From Balanoglossus misakiensis (taxonomy: Eukaryota; Animalia; Hemichordata): a stretch of DNA of 64,000 nucleotides. The notes beneath the pieces were generated by a model. It was not told the DNA's origin, did no database searches, and saw nothing but the letters and a program-made list of their open reading frames with translations. Location: positions 10,991,309 to 11,055,308 of the forward strand of contig CM082591.2 in assembly GCA_040954595.2 (NCBI GenBank), written 5' to 3'. Position numbers and translations under genes: made by a program. Of this stretch, positions 53,101 to 64,000 are shown piece by piece (positions within the stretch are counted from its first letter, which is position 1; every line of letters begins with the position of its first letter).

Positions 53101-53445
53101 GTGGCCGCCGCGGCGTCACAAACGCATTTTGCCTTCGTATTGTAACCGTGAAAGTAATGCCGTCGCTATTTCCAAGGTGCAAAGGAGACTTCAGAGGCTG
53201 ATAAAATGAAACGCAGTGATAAAAAAAGTGCATAGCGTCGGGGACTGGAAACTATGCTGAAACGTGCACACGCGAGAACGGAGATCAACGTAAAACCCTC
53301 CAGTGTTCACTCGGGATGACAACGCGATTCGGACACTGTGCGTCACGGGAGGCCACTCGATATCATCGCGAGGTAAACGCGCGGCGCCCTGGATTTCCAC
53401 GGGGGGAAAACGCAACACACGCAAGGTTACTTTCTTCCAGTAGTG

Positions 53446-53642
53446 TATTTTAAATATTGTGTTACCAGACATGTATATAACTTTACTTCTGCATTTATTC
53501 ATTAGACATAGCAATCATTGGTACAACCAAGAATCGAATGTTTCACTTATTGATTTCATCCAATACCTGTAAGCTTTCAATTTCATTTGCTGTATTGGAT
53601 CTCAATGTTTTCATTTGAAAACATTTCACAGAGAAACATAGT
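53446..53642 (-). repeat. Remainder of the ~420-bp repeat unit interrupted at 24075
   Basis: tattttaaatattgtgttaccagacatg...ctttacttctgcatttattcattagacatagc...aatacctgtaagcttt...gaaacatag is colinear with the units at 17.3-24 kb. Confidence 0.92.
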
Positions 53643-53831
53643 TTGTGACAGAAGGTTTATGTGTAAATTCTATGTCCATATTTGAGTAAAGCAGAATATT
53701 TCGTTCTGACCACAATTACCTGGTATGATAATTGCAGTATCTATAATCTGTGGGTGGGCGTCTTCTGTCAGCTTCTGGACTGTTAGTACATATTCCATCT
53801 TTAGTTTCTTGATATCTGCAACTAATGAAAA

Positions 53832-53941
53832 AATAATAATAGTGCCCAGAAAATGGAATTGGTTACTTTAAATATTTTCTACTTACAATAATAATAGTGC
53901 CCAGAAAATGGAATTGGTTACTTTAAATATTTTCTACTTAC
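53832..53941. repeat. Perfect 55-bp tandem duplication
   Basis: aataataatagtgcccagaaaatggaattggttactttaaatattttctacttac occurs twice. Confidence 0.9.
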
Positions 53942-54814
53942 AATTACTCTACATTCTCACCATTGTTGTGTTTTCTGCATTGCTCCAATAAAGTTATTTA
54001 TGCCGAAAAACTATTAAAACTATTATGACCAAAATAAAACCCTCATCAACTTCCAAAGTTCATACTAGTCACACAATATGAAGAAAAAAGAACTTATCCC
54101 CTAGTACCGCCATATTAAATACTAATTACCACCTCTATTCTGGGGATTATCATAAACTAAGCTTTGTAGTAACTACCCTAACTTTTAAATGTCATCAAAT
54201 TCTGCAAACACGGAAAATTAAAATTATACATCTTACAAAAAATGGGCAGGACTTATTCTTTAAAACCAATTATTGGACTAATTTACCTACCAATGTTACA
54301 CATACTTAATACATGATTCACATGTTTGCAGTTACAAGAATGACAAATTTCAATTAGACGCCAGATTTTCTTCAACAAATCTTGACATCTTGCTTTTGTC
54401 TGCTACATCTTTAATTCATGGGAAAATCAAGTCTGCAAATTTAATAACTATGATCACTGAATTGAACTCTGAAAGACAAGTTTGTCTTCCAAACTCATCA
54501 TGACACTGCACCTAATATTACACATATTAAATAATAAATGAAATAGGATCAAATAAATGACATTACATAAAGATCCTAATTAAAGAATCAAATAAAGTCT
54601 GGTTGGCAGAGGTTCTGTTTACGCAAAAAGTATGCGTATTTGACGCCAAAAATCCTCACTTGACGCGGAAATCTTAATCAGTGTTAATATTGACGCACGG
54701 GAAACGGGTGATGTAGACGCATACTGCTGACTACCCCCGGGATCAAAATAATCACTTGTGCGCGAAAACTTGTACTCAAAATGTAGCTAATTTTGTTTAA
54801 TGAATATTAAACCC

Positions 54815-55438
54815 CCATCATTATAATCATCACTACCATCATTATCATTATTATCATCACCACAATTACAACCAAAGTCATTATTATAATGATCACCACC
54901 ACCACCATCATTATTATTACCATCATCACCAGTATTTTAAAAAATTATCATCATCATCATCATTATCACCGTTATTATAACCAAAGTCATCATTATCACC
55001 ACCACCATCATTACCACCATCAGCATATTATCATTATCATCAAAGTTATTATAAGTAGTCATCATTATTACCACCATCATTATTATCATAGTTACTATCA
55101 TCATTGTCATCACCATCATCACTGTAATTATAACCAAAGTCATCATTTTCACCACTATCATTATCACCATCACCATATTATCATTATCACCACAGTTATT
55201 ATAAGCAGTTATCATTATCATCATCATCATCACCACCACCATCATCACTACTACGATCATCATTACTGTTATTTTAAATAGTATTCATTATCATCATCAT
55301 CATCACCACCATCATCACTACCATCAATATTATAATCATCATCACTGTTTTTATTACCAAAGTCATAGGTATCATCATTATTACCACATAATAATTATCA
55401 TTACCATTACCATCATAATTATTGTCATTATCACCACT

Positions 55439-55478
<40 letters not shown>

Positions 55479-57399
55479 CTATATTTATCATCATTATGAT
55501 CGCTGTAATTAAAGCCAAAGTCATTATAATCATTATCACCGCCATCATTATTATCATAATTACCATTATTATTATAGTCATCACCATCACCACTATGATT
55601 GTTATCATTATGATTACTGTAATTAAAACCAAAGTCATCATTATCACCACCACCACCAACATCATTATTATCACCATCATTATCATCATCATCATTATCA
55701 TCATCATCATTATCACCGTTATTATAACCAAAGTCATCATTATCACCACCACCATCATTACCACCATCAGCATATTATCATTATCATCAAAGTTATTATA
55801 AGCAGTCATCATTATCACCACCATCATTATTATCATAATTACTATCATCATTATTGTCATCACCATCATCATCATCATCATCGTCGTCATCATTATCATC
55901 ACTATATTTATCATCATTATGATCACTGTAATTAAAGCCAAAGTCATTATAATCATTATCACCACCATCATTACCATAATTACCGTCATAATTATTGTCA
56001 TCACCATCACCACTATGATTGTTATCATCATTATGATCACTGTAATTAAAACCAAAGTCATCATTATCACCACCACCATCACTATCACTATCACCATAAT
56101 CATATTATCATTATCATCATTTTTTATACACAGTTATTATTATTATCATCATCATTACCACCAGCATCACTACCATCATAATTTACACTGTAATTATAAA
56201 TAGTATTCTTTATCATCATCACCATCACCACCATGATCACTATCATCAATATTATAATCATCATCACTGTTTTTTTACCAATTCATAAGTATCATTATCA
56301 CAACATCATCATAATTATCATCCCCATTACCATCATCATTATTGTCATTATAAGCACTGTAATTATAATCATCATCATCATCACCATAATTAACAATTAA
56401 GTCATTATCACCACTATCATCATTTTCATCATTACCATTATTATTGTCATCATCATTATTATATGATCATCCCCACTATACTTGTTATCATCATGATGAT
56501 CACTGTAATTAAAACCAAAGTCATCATTATCACGACCACCACCATCATTATCACTGTCATCATATTATCATTATCATCACAGGTTTTATAAGCAGTTATC
56601 ATTATTATCATCATCATTACCACCATCATCACTACCATCATCATTAACACTGTAATTATAAATAGTATTCATTATCATCACCATCACAACCATCATCACT
56701 ACCATCAATATTATAATCATCATAATCACTGTTTTTATTACCAAATTCATAAGTATCATTATCACAACATCATCATAATTATCCCCATTACCCTCATCAT
56801 TATTGTCATTATCACCACTATAATTATAATCATCATCATCACCATAAGTAAACCTTAAGTCATCATTAACCCCACTATCATCATTTTCATCATTACCATC
56901 ATAACTGTCATCATTATCACCACTATAATTATTATCATCATTATCATCACATCATCATCACCACCACCATCATTATTATCATCATCACCATTATTATAAG
57001 AAATGTCATCATCATCATCATCATCATCAGCATCAGTATCATCACCTTCATCACCACCATCATCATCCTTAGTATAACATCACCATGATCACCATTATAA
57101 TAACTAGTTATCATCACCATCACCATCATCACTATTAGGTATGATCATCACTGTTGTTATAACCAAAATCATTACCATCATAATCACTTTTTTTATAACC
57201 AAAGTCATCATTATCACCACCATCATCATCATTATCATCATTATTACCATTATCATTATTGTCATTATCCCTATGATAATTAAAATCATCATCATCAGCT
57301 TTATTAAAACCAATGTCATCATTATTATCATTATCACTAACACCATCATCAATACCATCATTATTACTATTATTATCATCACTATAATTAAAACAAGTT

Positions 57400-57448
<49 letters not shown>

Positions 57449-57745
57449 GCACTACCATCATTATTATTACTATCATCACTGTTATTATAACAAAAGTCAT
57501 CATTATCACCACCACCATCAACACCATCACTATTACTAACATTATTATCACCATTATTATAATCAGTTATTATTATCATCATCATTATCATCATTGTAAT
57601 TAAAACCAAAGTCATCATTATCACCATTATCACCACCAACACTATCATTACTATAATCATTATCCACTATCATCATCATTATAATCATCATTCGTGTAAT
57701 TATCATCACCATCGCCATCATCATAATTATTATAATTGTCATTCC
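54815..57745. repeat. ~2.9-kb (CAT/CAC/TAT)n-derived low-complexity repeat with internal block duplications
   Basis: Continuous degenerate atc/att/acc triplets with the recurring anchor accaaagtcatcattatcacc. Confidence 0.95.
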
Positions 57746-58303
57746 CCAGCAGTGACCGGTATACTGGGTTGCAAAGATTATATTACATATTTACTGTGGT
57801 GCACACACAGTAATTACCTACATGATTACAAAAGTTAAATTACATGTGGAGTACATTTACTCTCGTTTACATGTGGACAACAACTTAGGCATTGTCATTT
57901 ACAAGTGGCTTAGATGTTATGCGAACAACAAAATTGGTATTTTATACAAAAGTTTTCTGGCATATTTTCGAGGATGTGTGTCAGTGTACCACTCAGCAGC
58001 ACAAAAGTATAAAAATAAACGGACCAAATATGTTTTAAGCAAAACTATACTTTTTATAAGAGGTTATCCCAGTCGGTTTATTTATTTTAATTTAAGACAA
58101 GTTACACAATGCAATTGATCAAATATTAATTAGACAACGGGAGGACAATGCTTTACACCATGATAAAGTACAATTTATGACACAGAAATTCATTGTGCTT
58201 GTTTATTTATTGCGCTCACTTTGTTTAAGCCTAATTTATTTCTTGCATTAATACCTTTTTGAAAAATTTCTTATTTTTCATTTGTGTACTATTAGATGCA
58301 GTG

Positions 58304-59341
58304 CACTAGAATCATTAGAAAGACCTACACATCTCAGGGTTTTAAACTTGTAATTTTGGTTATTTCTAACGTTTTTCTCTATACAATTGTGTCTGACCAA
58401 TAATTGGCTATACAGCATTCAATTTGGATGAAATATAATTTCTAAAAATATTATGTTTGCAGAATTTTCAGACATTCAGCAGCTACCATCATGAATAACC
58501 CAGTCCCCACCCCCACTGTTTTTATTCCTTTTATAATGCTCCAAGTCAGATTAAAATTATTACTTACTAACACTTAATCAGGGGACCACTGTTATGAGGT
58601 TTCCTTATGCATAAGAAAATCTTAACCTACACTATTTTTTGCTTAATTACTATACAAATATAAAATGGTAGAGCAATAATAGAAAAATACTTCCCCTGTT
58701 TCATGCCCACTCGTCCATGTCCACAGGTTGGGTGATCACTTGTCTATTCCAGGTCTAAAGGTTTGATGGTCAATTGTCTATTACAGTTCCGCAGTTTTGA
58801 TGGTCACTTGTCTATTCCAGTTCACTAGAATCATTAGAAAGACCTACACATCTCAGGGTTTTAAACTTGTAATTTTGGTTATTTCTAACGTTTTTCTCTA
58901 TACAATTGTGTCTGACCAATAATTGGCTATACAGCATTCAATTTGGATGAAATATAATTTCTAAAAATATTATGTTTGCAGAATTTTCAGACATTTAGCA
59001 GCTACCATCAAAAATCCCCCAATCCCACCCCCACTGTTTTTATTCCTTTTATAATGCTCCAAGTCAGATTAAAATTATTACTTACTAACACTTAATCAGG
59101 GGACCACTGTTATGAGGTTTCCTTATGCATAAGAAAATCTTAACCTACACTATTTTTTGCTTAATTACTATACAAATATAAAATGGTAGAGCAATAATAG
59201 AAAAATACTTCCCCTGTTTCATGCCCACTCGTCCATGTCCACAGGTTGGATGATCACTTGTCTATTCCAGGTCTAAAGGTTTGATGGTCAATTGTCTATT
59301 ACAGTTCCGCAGTTTTGATGGTCACTTGTCTATTCCAGTTC
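58304..59341. repeat. 519-bp tandem duplication, near identical
   Basis: cactagaatcattagaaagacctacac starts at 58304 and again at 58823. Each copy ends in the first units of the adjacent minisatellite. Confidence 0.93.
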
Positions 59342-60016
59342 CACAGTTTGATGGTCAATTGTCTATTCCAGATCCATAGTTTGTAAGGTCACTTGACAAT
59401 TCCAGGTCCACACTTTTGATGGTCACTTGTCTATTCCAGTTCCACAGCTTTGATGGTCAATTGTCTATTCCAGATCCACAGATTTTATGGTCACTTGTCT
59501 ATTCCAGATCCACAGTTTTTATGGTCACTTGTCTATTCCAGATCCACAGTTTTGATGGTCAATTGTCTATTCCAGGTCCACATTTTTGATGGTCACTTGT
59601 CTATTCCAGTTCCACAGTTTTGATGGTCAATTGTCTATTCCAGATCCACAGATTTTATGGTCACTTGTCTATTCCAGATCCAGTTTTGATGGTCAATTGT
59701 CTATTCCAGATCCACAGTTTTGATGGTCAATTGTCTATTCCAGAACCACAGTTTTTATGGTCAATTGTTTCTTCCAGATCCACAGTTTTTATGGTAACTT
59801 GTCTATTCCAGGTCCACAGTTTTGATGGTCAATTGTCTATTCCAGTTCCACATTTTTGATGGTCAATTGTCTATTCCAGATCCACAGTTTTTATGGTCAC
59901 TTGTCTATTCCAGATCCACAGTTTTGATGGTCAATTGTCTATTCCAGATCCACAGTTTTTATGGTAACTTGTCTATCCTAGGTCCACAGTTTTGATGGTC
60001 ACTAATATATTCCAGG
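59229..60016. repeat. 34-bp minisatellite, ~23 copies
   Basis: Unit gatggtca(c/a)ttgtctattccagatccacagtttt. Confidence 0.93.
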
Positions 60017-63000
60017 TTGCAGTCTTCACCTTTTTAATGTCAAACGCATCTGTTTCAGGTTCAGCCTTCAATTCACTCTGTTACATTGCTTCATTTCTAT
60101 GTGGATAAAATACATGAAAGCATCAAGAATAAATCTCAAATTGTAACCACAATGTGTACTTTTCTACAGAATGCTTGGTGACGGCAAGTTATTGTCAATG
60201 TAACAGTGTTCTCCACAGGAACATTTAAGAGGGAGGCCCACTCCAAATAAAATTTCCAAGTGTCCTCTTAAGATTTACACCTTGCACACCTCTCTATTTG
60301 CTCCGCTGTTCCCTTAAAGTTTTCTTGTCTGCATAGCTGTGTTCTTTGTGAATGACTGTTTTGTTTATGTGAATAAGCATATGGTCTGCCTAAGAGAACA
60401 TTAACCCTTATGCTGCCAAGTTGGTTGAAACTGGTTTGATTTCCAGTAGGGTGCCTAGAATCCTGGCACACAGGCCCGTTTGGCTACCAAGTGTGTGTTA
60501 CTCAGGGGAACCTAAACAATACCCTCAAAGCCAAACCAGTCCAAACCAGTATGGCTTGGTACATTTTACAGGGGTTTAAACTGCAAAGGTTGTCTAATTA
60601 CATTTGATTATAATATGTATGTGAGCCATGCCAAAACGTTCAGCATAGGTTAAGGAAGAAAAAATGGCACATACATATTTTAATGGACTTGACATCCTAA
60701 ACAGGTATGACACCCATTAGCGTTAGGGTTAAAGGGACAAAGTCTCTCTTTTTTTCATGTCAAAATCCATAAAGTACGTACTCCAAATCAATAAGTAATT
60801 CATAATGATGATTACACATGGCTTGACGAATACTGTGAACCAAGTTTTTGCCCTTTATGCTCAGACATTATTTACATCTGGCCATAGGTACAATCTGAAC
60901 CAGCAGCCATTTTGAACCAGACTCATCGGCTAGAAGTGTAAAAGGTGAGAAGACTCAAATTTAGCAGAAAAGTTTTACTCCATAAGGTCCTACTGGTATA
61001 ATACATGTACCAGTATACATATGCCAAATGGGACCTAAAAATAAAACAAAGTCTCAATAAAGTACATACACACCAATTTTCAAAGAAATCTGACTAGTAG
61101 TACTTGAGTTACGGAGTTTTGACCATTTTCACATTTTTCCGGGTCATTTGCATATTTTTGGCAATGACAACTTGATTTAAACAAAATCCCATTAACAGCC
61201 CAGCCTGCACTAGTAGTTACACATAAACATTTTTGCAAAGCAGAAACCTGGGTAAGTTGGGGTACTATGAGTATGAGGAGAAGAACAAAAAATTTTAGTT
61301 GGTATACAAAACAAAAATGCTGAAAAAAACAATTTGCACTTTCCTAAGAATTTTGTATAGAGTAGCTGCAGTTCAGTAGCTCTAGTTTTGCCTGTTGGTT
61401 TGTGTTACTAGTGGATGGCAAAACCTCTAACAAGTAAAGCAAAACTCCGAACAGAAAAAAACTCAGCCTACAGCTACTGGAACTGCAGCTGAGAGATGCA
61501 CCAAAGGAAACCATGCAAAAATACTGTGTTCGAAGTAACGCTTGAGAAAAAAATCGTCACAACTTCCCCCTCTCAATAGCAAATGGTTATCCATAAATAA
61601 AATATAAATGGGTATTTTATTTCACAAGCACAACGGCACGGCACATGAAACTTTCAGACATAACAAGCGCACCTAGTTCTGCTATACAAGGTGTGTTGTC
61701 CATGAGTCGACGTTGTGGTCGAATGTAAACAAGTAACCACCGCGCCGACATGGCCGAGGGAAGTTGATAGAGGATTTTTGGAATGAGAGTTTAATGTGAC
61801 CGTGTACCGCCGGGTCAGAAAATAAGCTTTATGTATATAAATGTACTCACACGAGTCCAGTTTTGGCAACCAACGTTATCCCAAATTATCCAGCAAGAAA
61901 ATAGACGTCCATGATGCATGCCCGGATGTGTGTCCCGAATACGATTTTACGAAAAACCCCGACGATTTGCCGAGTGCCAGCTCAAGCTGACCAATCACAG
62001 AGGGGTATCTAAATATGACTCGGGATAGCAAGAAACAAAACAAAGCGGCGATGCTAAAGTCACATGAAAAGTTGTAGCGGATTGGTCAATTTCTGGTTTA
62101 TAGTGTTATGTTGGCCAAAACCTCGGATAAAAATCGTGAGGCCAGCTCGTAGACAGTACAGTTGGTCGATTAATGCAGTCGGGTCCCCTGCCTCGTATGG
62201 TGTGAGATTCCCTCCAAATCTCAAATAATTCGATTATATTGCTTTTTGCTATTACATATTATAATTAGAATAAGAATATTATAATTATAATTACATTTTT
62301 AGTGAACAAGGAATTTAGTGTTGAACTTCAAATATTTACTGCAATTTTGTTTGTACGACGGGGTTTTCTTTGTAATCGTTCCCCATGTGTGTCTATATTT
62401 GTGGAATAAATACTGGCTGCATACTGGAAATATTGAGTGCTGTACGTTCCCTGGCCCGGAAGTGACGTGTGAATATGAGCGACCTCCATTGGAGAGAACC
62501 CCTGGTCACATTCTATACGATTGATCAGGCGAGCTTCCATACCTGGAGGGTTAAATAAAAGAATTGTGCAAAATTAATTATATGTCGGAATAACACATAC
62601 ATCATGGTGATAAAAGACGATAGTCACTCTGAAATGTTTCGTAGCATAATCAAGAACTTAAAACAAACTGCAATTATACGGACCCGCAAAATTTCCTGAC
62701 GGACCAATCACCCATAACCTACTTGGAGGTGGTGAAACCACGACGCATTGAACTTAAAAAGAGAAAAACCCGCAGATTGAAGCATGACATATGGGTTCAA
62801 ATTAGCTTTTTTCAAAGCGGTCTTTATCAGTCTCATGGTGGCAAGGGATGTGTCCGGATCGTTCAGTCACTTGTATTTGTCGCAATTCAGTTGTGGGCAC
62901 AGATGCAATATTTAACGAAATTTATCTCAAAATGGAGCGCGGTGACCATGCGATTTTATTTGACTCAGCTATACGTAAAATTTCGTGAAAATGGCAATAG

Positions 63001-64000
63001 TAGAAGTTTGATTTTTAGAAATTACCAATGCAATCCTATGGAAAGAGACACATGCGCACTGTTTACCAATGTGCGCGCAGATTTACATTTTGACACCTCG
63101 GGCGTATTATGAATAACCATTCAGCACACGGTTATCTGGGACAGTGTCTGTGATGAGGCACAAGCACTTGTTTTTGAGCACCCCTTCTCAAACCGTAAAA
63201 TGCAAAGACTAAGTTTCTCTGCTATATCAGAGAGATTTACGAAGGGGGTATTTTAAAATGTATTAAAAATTTCAATTGCCAACTTCGACATAATGCGGCT
63301 CTCTAATAGGCCTATAAGAACAATGAAGATAACTGAAGCGAGCAACTTGAGTAGGCAGGCCTGTGGCAAATGTTAACATCCTTTAGAACCTCATGATACT
63401 ATGAAAGCAAACCTTTTTGCATGGTCTTGTATAACCTAAGGTCAAAGTGGAATAATACAAACTGTGAGACCTTCTTATTTGCCGGAGCGGATTATATTTA
63501 TACTATTCAATTACCCAAGAAATAGCTATATTTTGTATTATGAGTCATTCTGCCCAATACACGGTAGTCTCAATTGAAACGTGATACGCTGGGAAATGTT
63601 CTTTTGAAGATAGTGAATAGTGTTTCATCGGTTCCCACTAAGATACTCTTACCTGAACAAATGTACGTTTTACACAATTCTAAACTAAATGTGTGTTGCT
63701 TGGCTACGTTTGGATACCCAAAGTAATTTTCTTTCTGTGTACAAGGTGGTATGACCGTCGGTGACAGACAAAAACACATAATAGCCCTCAAAACCTTCCA
63801 AGTCCTTGCAATATTAAAATGCGCTGCGTGGCATTTTGAAAACAAAGAAAAAAACTAGATTCACTTGTTTGATATCACCAGACTTGTCGACGTCACCCCA
63901 AGTGTGAGACGCTCCTCGAAAGTGAAGCACTGTTATAGAAAGGAATGGGACGAAACTGAAGTTATTTCGCTTACGAGATGAAAAACAGTAAATTAGCACC

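Larger units (their letters stand above)
24076..53445. mobile_element. Giant (29,370 bp) TIR DNA transposon with TA target-site duplication, carrying a Tc1-type transposase and cargo genes
   Basis: Left TIR cactactggaagaatgtaac (24076-24095) and right TIR gttactttcttccagtagtg (53426-53445) match 19/20. TA at 24074-24075 and 53446-53447. Flanks rejoin to ...acttcTAttttaaatattgtgttac, matching the empty site tttcTAttttaaaaattgtgttac of sister ~420-bp units. Confidence 0.92.

Noticed and set aside
54889-57660. His-rich and Ile/Met-rich ORFs
   Set aside because: These are translations of the (CAT)n-derived simple repeat.
60020-64000. Short ORFs (60-129 aa) at the right end
   Set aside because: No domain similarity or consistent exon chain; compatible with chance ORFs.

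Overview
Eukaryotic (animal-like, intron-rich, repeat-dense) DNA. Positions 1-11.8 kb are a 132-bp satellite with higher-order structure that ends in a fold-back. Positions 12-24 kb hold several tandem repeats, including about 15 copies of a ~420-bp unit that carries an exon-like cassette on the minus strand. The main result is that the last ~420-bp unit is split by a 29,370-bp insertion (24076-53445). The insertion has 20-bp terminal inverted repeats (CACTACTGGAAGAA[T/A]GTAAC) and a TA target-site duplication, and the interrupted unit resumes in register at 53446. Inside it are an intact Tc1-type DD34E transposase ORF with no TIRs of its own that I could find, and three spliced cargo genes read manually from splice signals: a divergent minimal cyclin, a BEN-domain protein and an orphan 104-aa protein. 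It also holds many small nested MITE-like or palindromic insertions. This looks like a giant cargo-carrying DNA transposon. The rest (53.4-64 kb) is simple-sequence repeat, local duplications, a 34-bp minisatellite and unannotated DNA. All gene models are manual predictions and no database searches were run.
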